Assembly: GCA_963928385.1 (NCBI GenBank)
Contig: CAWVEQ010000012.1
Location: 32,957-96,956, forward strand
Length of the DNA: 64,000 bases
DNA from: Candidatus Saccharimonadota bacterium
Lineage (GTDB): Bacteria; Patescibacteriota; Saccharimonadia; Saccharimonadales; Saccharimonadaceae
Reading direction: 5' to 3'
Shown: piece by piece, positions 1 through 8,946 of the stretch
Position numbering within the stretch: the first letter of the stretch is position 1
Layout of the letters: every line of letters begins with the position of its first letter
Made by a program: the position numbers and the translations under genes
Notes under the pieces: generated by a model
Seen by the model: the letters and a program-made list of their open reading frames with translations, nothing else
What the model was told of the DNA's origin: nothing
Database searches by the model: none

Positions 1-854
1 ATACCCGGGTGGTGACTGCCGAGGTTGATAGCGGTAAGATTGCCGAACTGGTTGGTGCTGACCTGCAGGCGCGCGATACTACCGAGACGACGATGTCTAG
101 TGATTTTATCGAGACTGGTGGCGCTGGTCAGGAGCTACGCATTACCAGGGCGAAGACCGTGTCGCTCAAGCTATATGGCCAGAATCTAACCATCCGCACG
201 CAGAAACAGACTGTTGGTGATATGCTAACGGAATCTGGTATAGCCTTGGCAGATAACGACACTGTGAGTGTTGACCTAAGTACGCCAGTTACTGACGGCA
301 TGAGCGTTCAAGTCTGGCGCAACGGTATTCAGACTATTGAGGCAGAGGAGGAAGTGCCATTTGAGACTGAGGTTGTCGAGGATGCTACTAAGAAGGTAGG
401 TTATGTTGAGGTGCAAACAGCTGGTCAGGCGGGCAAGAAAACGGTTATTTACCAGGTTAATATGCAGAATGGTGTTGAGCTAAGTCGAGAGAAGATTTCT
501 GAGGTGATTACTGTTCCAGCTGTTAACCAGGTTGAAGTTCACGGTACTAAGGTCGACTTGCCGCCAGGCAGCCATACTGACTGGATGCGCATGGCTGGCA
601 TCCCCGAGAGTGATTTCGGTGCGGCTAATTATATCATTAGTCATGAGTCGGGCTGGCGTTATAATGCTACCAACTCTAGCAGTGGCGCCTATGGCCTACC
701 GCAGGCTCTACCAGGTAGAAAGATGGCTTCAGCTGGTTCAGACTGGCAAACTAATCCGATTACTCAGTTAAAGTGGTTCTATAGCTATTGTCTAAACAGA
801 TATGGTAGTGTCCAGGAGGCATACGAGTTTAAGATTGCCCATGGCTGGTACTAG
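1..854 (+). CDS. Cell-wall associated protein, 5'-truncated by the window edge: DUF348-like segment, G5 domain and a small C-terminal Apf/muralytic-type domain
   Basis: The ORF is open to the window start. There is a G5-like stretch VGYVEVQTAGQAGKKTVIYQV. The C-terminus HESGW..SGAYGLPQ..HGWY resembles the small peptidoglycan-hydrolase/aggregation-promoting-factor domain. Confidence 0.6.
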   Translation, partial: TRVVTAEVDSGKIAELVGADLQARDTTETTMSSDFIETGGAGQELRITRAKTVSLKLYGQNLTIRTQKQTVGDMLTESGIALADNDTVSVDLSTPVTDGMSVQVWRNGIQTIEAEEEVPFETEVVEDATKKVGYVEVQTAGQAGKKTVIYQVNMQNGVELSREKISEVITVPAVNQVEVHGTKVDLPPGSHTDWMRMAGIPESDFGAANYIISHESGWRYNATNSSSGAYGLPQALPGRKMASAGSDWQTNPITQLKWFYSYCLNRYGSVQEAYEFKIAHGWY

Positions 855-865
855 GGACTGGAGCT

Positions 866-1657
866 ATGCTAGTCAGACCAAAGAAAGAACTAGGCCAGAA
901 CTTTCTGTTTGATGACGGGGTGCTGTCAACAATTACTAGTTATGGCGAACTATCTGGTGATGATACTGTGCTGGAAATTGGGCCAGGCCTAGGTACGCTA
1001 ACCAGTAGGCTATGTCGACAGGCCGGTCAAGTAGTAGCTGTTGAATTTGATAGCGAGCTAGCGGATTTACTACCAGCCAATGTCACTGAACTGTCTGGGG
1101 GGGAGGTAGACAATCTGGCAGTTGTTAATGAAGATATCCTGTGCTACGACCTAAATAATTTAACCAGAGATTATAAGGTAATTGCTAATATTCCGTACAA
1201 CATTACCAGTAAAATTATTGAGAAGCTATGGGCAGCTGATAACAAGCCGTCGCTGGTGGTACTACTGGTGCAGCAGGAGGTAGCGGAGCGTTTGGCGGCA
1301 GAGCCGGGAAGACTTTCCATATTGGCAATATCGGCGCAGATCTTTGCTGAGATTAAGTTAGGTATTAAAGTGCCGGCGGAGCTATTCACGCCTGCTCCAA
1401 AGGTGGATTCACAGGTAGTCATTATGCGACGGCGCTCTGAGCAGCTAGTGGATGATGAACATTTGAAGCAATTCTTTTATGTGGTGAAGGCTGGTTTTAG
1501 TGAGAAACGGAAAAAATTGCGCAGTAGTTTGGCGGTCGGCCTGAGGACCAATAAGTCCGAGGCGGAGCGCTTGTTAGCTGAGGCCGGAGTCGATCCAAAC
1601 AAGCGGGCTCAGGAACTATCCATGGATGATTGGAGACGCCTAGCTAAGTGCGAGTAA
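866..1657 (+). CDS. rsmA: 16S rRNA (adenine1518/1519-N6)-dimethyltransferase RsmA/KsgA
   Basis: It has the N-terminal LGQNFL motif, the SAM-binding EIGPGLGTLT and NIPYNITS, and is 263 aa. Confidence 0.9.
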   Translation: MLVRPKKELGQNFLFDDGVLSTITSYGELSGDDTVLEIGPGLGTLTSRLCRQAGQVVAVEFDSELADLLPANVTELSGGEVDNLAVVNEDILCYDLNNLTRDYKVIANIPYNITSKIIEKLWAADNKPSLVVLLVQQEVAERLAAEPGRLSILAISAQIFAEIKLGIKVPAELFTPAPKVDSQVVIMRRRSEQLVDDEHLKQFFYVVKAGFSEKRKKLRSSLAVGLRTNKSEAERLLAEAGVDPNKRAQELSMDDWRRLAKCE

Positions 1658-1993
1658 GCTTTGGTGGGGTGGCGCTGCTAGGCTGATTTAGCTGGGCCGT
1701 CGTGAAGTTTGTGCGGTCGAACTTACAATATTGCGCCATGTTGGTGTGATTTGTTATTATAGTGTCGCACAAACTTGATAGATGAACAATGGATCGTCGT
1801 TGAGGCGTTTTGTTCGCGTCTGGAATAGGCGCCGTAAGGCGAATTAGACGAGAACTCGTTCCAACGACGTATCTATCTGGTTTGTGCACCCTTGCGGTGC
1901 CTATTTTAGTAATAAGAGACTGTTTCAACACTACATCTACTCGGAGTGGTATCTCGAGGGTTTTAAAACTAATAAACCATAAGCGAGGTATCC

Positions 1994-4744
1994 ATGGGTG
2001 GTATAAAGAACAAGCTAAAGCAATTATCTAATAAAGTAGCTAATCTTGTCTTCTCTGCTAGGCTGGGGAGCAGTGTTAGGCGAAGTCTGCTGGACGGGGT
2101 AGATAATAAAACATTTAACCTTGCCTCCACTGCTAGGGGAGGTGGCTTGCGTAGCAAGCCGGTAGGGTTATTAAGCATTACTAAGTATGCTAGTATTGCT
2201 TGTTTCACTTTAGCCCTCATTTCTACCATAGGCCTAAACCTATATAGAACTTATTCATCTAGCAATGTTAGGACTAACGCTGTAGATGGCAGTACCAATA
2301 GTGAACTAGCTGCCCAAGCAGACATAGACCCAGCTAGCATATCCATCTCTATATCTTCTTATCCTTCATCTTCGTCTACCGGTGGCAATAATCCTAATCT
2401 CTCCCTTTCGATACCTCAGGGAGGTGGGATTGCCACCGGTAGACACACCGTCACAATCAGTGTCGGTAGTGATGTTCAGGAGTATAGAGCAAGGTTCAGC
2501 AGTAAAACAGAAGAGACTGCCTTAGTCAATGAAAGCGATAGCAACACTAAGATACCAGCAATCGATACCTTCTATGTTGATGGTGATGGTAGCACTGAGG
2601 ATCTAGAAAGAGTCCTATCTGGCGTCTCTGGTAATGTATGGGCATACTCATACGAAGAGCATGGTAATGCTCCTGCTATTACCACGGCCCGTGTAGACGC
2701 TCTACCACCTGCTAGTGAGCCAGACATCTTTCAATATGACCTAAATGCAGTTGGCACTAGTAGTACAGATATTAACTATGGAGTCAAAGTAGAACACCCC
2801 GAATCTATGCCTGCAGGTAACTATATAGCTAACATTGTCTACACTGCTACTGTAGAACAACTACGCCAACCTATTCTAACCAGTGTTACGCCCAATACTT
2901 ATGAACTAGGTAGCGGTGCAGATAACACCATTACTATAACTGGTAAATATCTATCTACGGCCAGTAAAGCATACTTAGTTCACGCATCAACTGGCGAACA
3001 GTACTATTGCACTAATCTACAAGTAACTAGTACTGATGCTAGCGGTAATACTACTCTCACCTGTAATGTCCCAACTGACCAAAACCAAACAGACCCTAAT
3101 ATTGAACCAGGCGCTTACGGTGTATATGTCCTAACAAATGCCGGTAAAACAGCATATACCGGTGCAGCAACATTTACTTACACCAAACCCAGCATCTGTA
3201 GGAATGCCGATCCAGACAGTGATTGCCAAGTAGATATAGATGACAATATGATTCCAGTTGTCTACGAAGGCTACGATGGCAATGGTGGTGGTAACTGGCG
3301 CATTGTAACTAAGGAAGAGATAGAGAGCAACCCTGGTAGCTGGTACAATTATCGTTCTGGTCAGTGGGCTAACGCTATTACCCTTCGAGATGATAACGAG
3401 GGTGGTGTAATTTGTGCAAACAGCAGTAATGGCGTGGTTGGCTTTAGCTTTACTGGTGGCTGTGCTGGGCCAGGTGATACCGCAGCCTACACACCACTCA
3501 AGTATGCTAAGGCTGTGTATGAAGGTAGATTGCCTAATGGTGGCGTAGCTGGAAATAGCTTATTTACAGCAGATACCAGTAGTACTGAAAATGGTCATGG
3601 TGGAACAATTCTCGGCTACTGGGTTTACATACCCAGATATGCCTATCAAGTAATGCGTCGCGACGCATCGAACGGCGCAGTCTCAGCTCAGAACTTTAAC
3701 ATTGTCTTTGAAACAAAGGATAATCCAGTTAAACAACCCGTGGAATGTAGCGCTGGGAACTACCAATCTTGTGTCGAAAATCAATATGGTGAATCTGGCT
3801 TAACCTATCCTAATACTACATCTCAAAGCGATCCATTAAACAGTAAAACCGCTTGGGCCACTCATCCCGCGTTCACCTGGATGGATGCGGATGGCAACCC
3901 GGTTGAGCTCAACGGTATCTGGGTGGGGAAGTTTGAAACAACGGGGTCGACTAGCCAGCCAACAATATTGCCAAACCAGAAACATATGAGCCAGAGCTCG
4001 GGCAATATTGGCGACATGTATGATGTAGCCAAAAGCATTGGCGTAGAAGACAAGAACAACGTCTATGGCAACTCAGCTCAAACCAGCTATAACAATGGTA
4101 GGGGTTACCATAACCTAGCCATATCTACCTCACACATGCTAAAGAATAGCGAGTGGGGAGCCGTAGCCTATCTGTCCGCCAGTAGGTATGGTGCCGGGGT
4201 AAATAATGTACAAATTAACGCCAATGCATCCAGTGGAAATGATGGGAACGGTGACTCCAGCTATGGTGTAACGGGTTGTGGGCCTGATGGAAGCAGCCAG
4301 TACAACACAGGAAATGGCCAATTAGCCAGTACTACCAACAATATCTATGGTGTCTACGATATGGCAGGTGGTGCTTACGAGTACGTGATGGGTAGCTACG
4401 CCAATGATTCAACTCAATCGTATCCAAGTAATGACTACATAGTCAACAAGGTTAAACCACCATACGTAGACTTATACGTTAACCCACCATTCAATGGTAA
4501 CAAAGACACAAACAACAATCTGTGTACTTGGACCACCTGTGGTGGACATGCCCTATTTGAAACAGCTGGGTGGGGCGACGATTACTCCTACTTTGTCCAT
4601 TCGTCAAACCCATGGTTCTTGCGCGGTGGCTACGCAAATGCTGACTCCGCTGGTACGGGAGTGTTCTACTCAGGTGCCAGTAATGGCCGCACGCTCGGTA
4701 GTAATAGTTTTCGAGTGGGGCTGGCTGCATTATCGGCTATGTAG
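1994..4744 (+). CDS. Large secreted/surface protein with an N-terminal membrane anchor, an IPT/TIG-like Ig domain and a C-terminal FGE-sulfatase (SUMF1)-like domain
   Basis: The hydrophobic segment YASIACFTLALISTIGL follows basic residues. There is an IPT-like PILTSVTPNTYELGSG..ITITGKYL segment. C-terminal motifs GVYDMAGGAYEYV, FLRGG and SFRVGLA resemble the FGE-sulfatase fold. The true start may be the in-frame TTG at 2147, just after GGGGAGG. Confidence 0.7.
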   Translation: MGGIKNKLKQLSNKVANLVFSARLGSSVRRSLLDGVDNKTFNLASTARGGGLRSKPVGLLSITKYASIACFTLALISTIGLNLYRTYSSSNVRTNAVDGSTNSELAAQADIDPASISISISSYPSSSSTGGNNPNLSLSIPQGGGIATGRHTVTISVGSDVQEYRARFSSKTEETALVNESDSNTKIPAIDTFYVDGDGSTEDLERVLSGVSGNVWAYSYEEHGNAPAITTARVDALPPASEPDIFQYDLNAVGTSSTDINYGVKVEHPESMPAGNYIANIVYTATVEQLRQPILTSVTPNTYELGSGADNTITITGKYLSTASKAYLVHASTGEQYYCTNLQVTSTDASGNTTLTCNVPTDQNQTDPNIEPGAYGVYVLTNAGKTAYTGAATFTYTKPSICRNADPDSDCQVDIDDNMIPVVYEGYDGNGGGNWRIVTKEEIESNPGSWYNYRSGQWANAITLRDDNEGGVICANSSNGVVGFSFTGGCAGPGDTAAYTPLKYAKAVYEGRLPNGGVAGNSLFTADTSSTENGHGGTILGYWVYIPRYAYQVMRRDASNGAVSAQNFNIVFETKDNPVKQPVECSAGNYQSCVENQYGESGLTYPNTTSQSDPLNSKTAWATHPAFTWMDADGNPVELNGIWVGKFETTGSTSQPTILPNQKHMSQSSGNIGDMYDVAKSIGVEDKNNVYGNSAQTSYNNGRGYHNLAISTSHMLKNSEWGAVAYLSASRYGAGVNNVQINANASSGNDGNGDSSYGVTGCGPDGSSQYNTGNGQLASTTNNIYGVYDMAGGAYEYVMGSYANDSTQSYPSNDYIVNKVKPPYVDLYVNPPFNGNKDTNNNLCTWTTCGGHALFETAGWGDDYSYFVHSSNPWFLRGGYANADSAGTGVFYSGASNGRTLGSNSFRVGLAALSAM
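2120..2172 (+). repeat. Copy 1 of a 53-nt two-hairpin element (second copy at 59584-59636); overlaps the likely RBS and start of the surface protein gene
   Basis: By my manual alignment 48 of 53 positions are identical to 59584-59636. Hairpin 1 is CCUCC..GGAGG, and hairpin 2 is GGCUUGC-GUA-GCAAGCC. Confidence 0.55.
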
Positions 4745-4819
4745 TGGCGGCCGAGAAGGCAGTCTGGTCAACATGCCGGTCGTAACTAAGTCGTCGTTGT
4801 ACTGTAGTATAATTATCCT

Positions 4820-6370
4820 ATGACTAAATACTATCTGACTACTGCCATTCCGTATGCTAATGCGGCGCCGCATATTGGGACGGCGATGGATTATCTGTAT
4901 GGCGACATCCTCTTGCGTTATCAATTGCTACGAGGTAATGATGCTAAATTATCCATTGGTACTGATGAGCACGGTACTAAGGTAGAGCAAAAGGCGGCGG
5001 ACAATAACGTAACGCCACAAGAGTTTGTGGACAATTTGCAGCCAGAGTTTCAGAAAATGCGTCAGGCTCTAGACTTAAACTTTGGCGTACCAATTGAACA
5101 GATTGCCAAACCGCTATCCGAGCAGAGCTTTATTGAGCAAAACATTATCAGTGTTCGCACGTCAGACCCTGAACATGTGCGACGAGTGCAGGAAGTCTGG
5201 CGTAAATTGGATGCAGCGGGCGTAATCTACAAGTCTACCTATGAGGGATGGTATTGTTCAGGTTGTGAAGCCTTTGTGACTGAAACGGAGGCGCATGATA
5301 ACAATTACGTTTGCCCCGATCATCACAAACCATACGAAAAGCTAAGCGAGGATAACTATTACCTTGCCACTTCAAAATTTACCGACCAGATTCGCGAGTT
5401 CGTTGAAAATGCTGTGGTACCGGAATTTCGTGGCAAAGAATTACTGGGATTGCTAAAGGATGGAGCCAAGGATGTGTCTATTTCTCGCCCAGTCGACAAG
5501 CTGTCCTGGGGTGTACCAGTACCGGGCGATGAGTCGCAAGTGATGTATGTCTGGATTGATGCTCTGTCTAATTATCTGACAGCGCTGGGCTATCCTGATG
5601 AGGACTGGCATAGTGATTTCTGGCCAGCCAAGGTAGAAATTGTTGGCAAGGATATCCTGCGCTTTCATGCTATTATCTGGCCGGCTATGCTGCTGGCTTT
5701 GGGTTTGCCACTGCCAGAAAAACTGATGGTGCATGGTTTTATTAATGTTGACGGAGCTAAGATGAGCAAATCTCTAGGCAACGTCGTTAGCCCGCTAGAG
5801 ATCATTGATAGTTATGGCGTTGATGCGTTTCGTTATTACTTTACCAGTCATGTCACAACTTTTGACGATGGTGACTTTACTTGGGAAAAGTTTGAGGCGG
5901 CGTACAACGGTGAGCTAGCCAATGACTTAGGTAATTTAGTAGCACGCGTAGCGGCAATGATTCGTAAGTACTTTGATGGCGGCTTAACCTTTGTCGACGA
6001 CGTTAATGAGTTGCACGACCAGGCTGAAACGCTACTGGGTAGCTATCGCATTGCCATGGATGGATTAGATCTGAGTGCTGCCATGACGGCAATTATGGAG
6101 TATGTTCACGAGTTAAACCAATACATCGAGCGGTCAGCACCGTGGAAGGTAGCTAAATTGGATAACGATACAGAACGGCAAAAGCGGTTGATAGAAATCT
6201 TTTCAACTCTAGTCAATGGGCTGCTATTGGTAGCAAAGTATCTATCGCCCTTCTTGCCCGAAACAGCTCAGAAGATTAACGATATTTACAGCTATGATGA
6301 ATTGCCGACGACTGTGCCAATCATGTTCCCAAAGAAGTATCTGCACACTACAGAACCGGAGCGCAAGTAG
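4820..6370 (+). CDS. metG: Methionyl-tRNA synthetase
   Basis: It has the class I motifs PHIGT (HIGH-like) and KMSKS, and typical MetRS zinc-knuckle cysteines CSGCEAF..CPDH. Confidence 0.93.
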   Translation: MTKYYLTTAIPYANAAPHIGTAMDYLYGDILLRYQLLRGNDAKLSIGTDEHGTKVEQKAADNNVTPQEFVDNLQPEFQKMRQALDLNFGVPIEQIAKPLSEQSFIEQNIISVRTSDPEHVRRVQEVWRKLDAAGVIYKSTYEGWYCSGCEAFVTETEAHDNNYVCPDHHKPYEKLSEDNYYLATSKFTDQIREFVENAVVPEFRGKELLGLLKDGAKDVSISRPVDKLSWGVPVPGDESQVMYVWIDALSNYLTALGYPDEDWHSDFWPAKVEIVGKDILRFHAIIWPAMLLALGLPLPEKLMVHGFINVDGAKMSKSLGNVVSPLEIIDSYGVDAFRYYFTSHVTTFDDGDFTWEKFEAAYNGELANDLGNLVARVAAMIRKYFDGGLTFVDDVNELHDQAETLLGSYRIAMDGLDLSAAMTAIMEYVHELNQYIERSAPWKVAKLDNDTERQKRLIEIFSTLVNGLLLVAKYLSPFLPETAQKINDIYSYDELPTTVPIMFPKKYLHTTEPERK

Positions 6371-7191
6371 TGACTAGTGCTCTAGCGCTGTGTGATACGC
6401 ACTGTCATATTCACGATGACGACTATCCACTGGTGGCTGAGGAGGTGTTATCCGGGGCTAGTGTAGCGGGTGTTAGTCGATTAGTGACTATGGGCAGCGA
6501 CGTGACAAGTAGTCGCCAGGCCATCAAGTATGCCCAACAATATAGCAGGTGCCATGATGTAGTCATACGTGCTGGCGTGGGACTGTACCCGCACGAAGTT
6601 CCCGTAGAGGGATTAATAGCCGATACAATTAGCGAGTTGTGCGACTTAATTAAGGAGGGTGCTGAGCTAGTTGCTGGTGTTGGTGAGATAGGTCTGGATT
6701 ATTATTACGATACAGTACCGCGTCAGCGGCAAATTTCCGCTCTAGAGCGGCTAATCCAACTGGCAATAGATAATGATTTGCCGATGTCCTTTCACGTTCG
6801 CTCGGGTGAATGGGGTGACGCCTTTACGGACTTCTGGGCAATCATGCGGAACTTTCCAACTGCAAGGGGTGTTTTACATTCTTTTACTGACAGTATGGTC
6901 AATCTGGAAAGGGCCTTGACGGCTGGTTTATATATCGGTGTCAATGGTATTGTGACGTTTAATAAGGACGAGCGGCTAAACGAAGTGTATGACAATATTC
7001 CGCTAGAGCGGATGGTGCTAGAAACAGATGCACCATATTTGGCGCCGCGTCCGTACCGGGGTAAAGTTAACCAACCAGCCTATATTCGACAGATTGCCGA
7101 ACAGCTGGCCGGCAGACGTGGCCTAGAACTGGTGAGGCTGGCTGAATTAACAACTCGTAATGCAGTGGCCATTTATCCAGCGTTAGCATGA
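6370..7191 (+). CDS. TatD-family metal-dependent hydrolase/DNase
   Basis: It has an N-terminal DTHCH motif and the typical TatD segments GEIGLDYY and HSF. The GTG start overlaps the metG stop. Confidence 0.85.
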   Translation: MTSALALCDTHCHIHDDDYPLVAEEVLSGASVAGVSRLVTMGSDVTSSRQAIKYAQQYSRCHDVVIRAGVGLYPHEVPVEGLIADTISELCDLIKEGAELVAGVGEIGLDYYYDTVPRQRQISALERLIQLAIDNDLPMSFHVRSGEWGDAFTDFWAIMRNFPTARGVLHSFTDSMVNLERALTAGLYIGVNGIVTFNKDERLNEVYDNIPLERMVLETDAPYLAPRPYRGKVNQPAYIRQIAEQLAGRRGLELVRLAELTTRNAVAIYPALA

Positions 7192-7201
7192 TAAAATAGA
7201 T

Positions 7202-8356
7202 ATGATGATATATCTGGACAATGCGGCGGCTACGCCAGTTGATTCACGAGTACTAGCGGCTATGATGCCGTATTTTAGCGATGAGTTCTATAACCCGTCG
7301 GCTGCCTACTTGTCAGCCAGGAAAGTTCGAGCTGATGTTGAGGAGGCGCGTCACACCCTAGCTAAGCTGATAGGAGCAAAGTCGGCAGAAATTATTGTTA
7401 CTGCTGGGGCGACAGAGTCAATTAACCTGGCGTTAGGCGGCGTTGACGGTCGAATTGTGACGGTAGCTGTAGAACATGCGTCAGTCTTAGAAACAGCTAG
7501 GCAGCGTGATGGGCGTGTCCTGGCGGTTGATGACAAGGGCCGAATTAGTCTTGATGAATTGAGGGGCTCATTGACAGATGATGTAGCGTTGGTGTCTGTT
7601 GGCTATGTAAACAGTGAAACTGGCATAGCACAGAATATGCGCGCTATTGCCGAAATTGTCCAGACGGTTCGCAATGAACGCCAATCGCGTGGCGTGACCA
7701 CTCCGTTATATTTACACACGGATGCTTCGCAGGCGGCAGGTCTATTGGACTTGAACGCGTCCAGATTGGGCGTGGATTTGATGACGCTAAATGCTGGTAA
7801 GTGCTACGGACCTAAGCAAGTTGGCCTACTATATGTTCGCGCTGGCATTCACTTAAAACCGTTAATCCTGGGTGGTGGCCAGGAAATGGGTCTACGTAGT
7901 GGAACGGAAAATGTGACGGGGATGATTGGCTTTGCTAAGGCCCTGGAATTAGCAGAGAAATTACGTGGTAGCGAAGTGAAGCGCTTGAGCGAGTTGCGCT
8001 CCAAACTTAAGCAGTACCTAATCAATAATTTGCCTGATGTACGCATTAACGAAAATACTAAGGCTAACTCGCCAGCTATCTTAAACATATCTGTGCCTGG
8101 TGTTGACGGTGAACGTGTAGTGTTTGGGCTGGACGAACGCGGTGTGCAGGTGGCGACGGGATCGGCCTGTGCTGCCAATAAGGGAGTGCGTAGTCACGTG
8201 TTGACGGCAATGGGACTGGATGAGGCGGCGGTTGATGGGTCGCTAAGGATTTCTATGGGGCGATTTACTACTGAACAAGACATTAACCAAGCTGGCCAAA
8301 TAATTGTTGACGTTATTAACGAGCAGCGTCGATTCGGGGGTTTGAATGTGGCGTAG
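7202..8356 (+). CDS. Cysteine desulfurase (class V aminotransferase, NifS/IscS-like)
   Basis: It begins with a YLDNAATTP-like N-terminus (IYLDNAAATP). It also has an SGTEN motif and the active-site GSACAA cysteine. Confidence 0.85.
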   Translation: MMIYLDNAAATPVDSRVLAAMMPYFSDEFYNPSAAYLSARKVRADVEEARHTLAKLIGAKSAEIIVTAGATESINLALGGVDGRIVTVAVEHASVLETARQRDGRVLAVDDKGRISLDELRGSLTDDVALVSVGYVNSETGIAQNMRAIAEIVQTVRNERQSRGVTTPLYLHTDASQAAGLLDLNASRLGVDLMTLNAGKCYGPKQVGLLYVRAGIHLKPLILGGGQEMGLRSGTENVTGMIGFAKALELAEKLRGSEVKRLSELRSKLKQYLINNLPDVRINENTKANSPAILNISVPGVDGERVVFGLDERGVQVATGSACAANKGVRSHVLTAMGLDEAAVDGSLRISMGRFTTEQDINQAGQIIVDVINEQRRFGGLNVA

Positions 8357-8945
8357 GATTGCTATCGCTATTACGGCGATTGTTGTGGTTATCGCCCTAG
8401 TTGTTACGGCGTTGAACGTGGCCTTGGTCGAAAACGACATGGCTGGTTGCGACGCGCCGGGCAGTGGTCAGTGCGCGACGGCCGACGTGATTGTGGCGGT
8501 CAGTGGTGGCGACACTTTTGCTCGGGCGCAAAAGGCTATTGATATGTACAAAGCGGGCTGGGCAAGCAAGATTGTCTTTAGCGGCGCATCGGCCGATCCG
8601 GACTCTATTTCTAACGCCGAGGCGATGCGGCGCATTGCCGAGAGTGATGACATTCCGGCTGAGGATGTCTATCTGGATGAGCATAGCCAGGATACTAAAG
8701 AGAATGCGGCAAACGCGGTGGATATTTTGCATCGGTTGGAGGCTAAGAGTGCCATTTTGGTCAGCAGTCCGTATCATCTGCGACGGGTCAAGATGAATTT
8801 TATGGCGGTTGACGACAAGATTAGTTATCGGACGGCGGCAGCTGATGACGAGAATTGGCACTGGTGGTTTCTAAAGCCCAATGGCTGGATAATTGTGGTT
8901 AAGGAGCTGGCGGGAATTGCCGAGCTAGGTGCGGAGGTACATTAG
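8346..8945 (+). CDS. DUF218/YdcF (SanA/ElyC-like) membrane-anchored protein
   Basis: An N-terminal TM helix is followed by VAVSGG and a conserved SNAEAM-type core and SSPYHLRR. Confidence 0.6.
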   Translation: MWRRIAIAITAIVVVIALVVTALNVALVENDMAGCDAPGSGQCATADVIVAVSGGDTFARAQKAIDMYKAGWASKIVFSGASADPDSISNAEAMRRIAESDDIPAEDVYLDEHSQDTKENAANAVDILHRLEAKSAILVSSPYHLRRVKMNFMAVDDKISYRTAAADDENWHWWFLKPNGWIIVVKELAGIAELGAEVH

Positions 8946-8946
8946 G

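Noticed and set aside
1994-2146. The first 51 codons of the annotated surface-protein ORF might be genuine coding sequence.
   Set aside because: This is not firmly rejected but is doubtful. The segment overlaps the repeated RNA-like element, lacks a clear RBS at 1994, and the signal anchor begins right after the internal TTG at 2147.
8397-8861. A 154-aa minus-strand ORF and other internal ORFs lie within the DUF218 gene.
   Set aside because: They are antisense to or out of frame with a gene that has recognisable motifs. They have no RBS and an Arg-rich composition.
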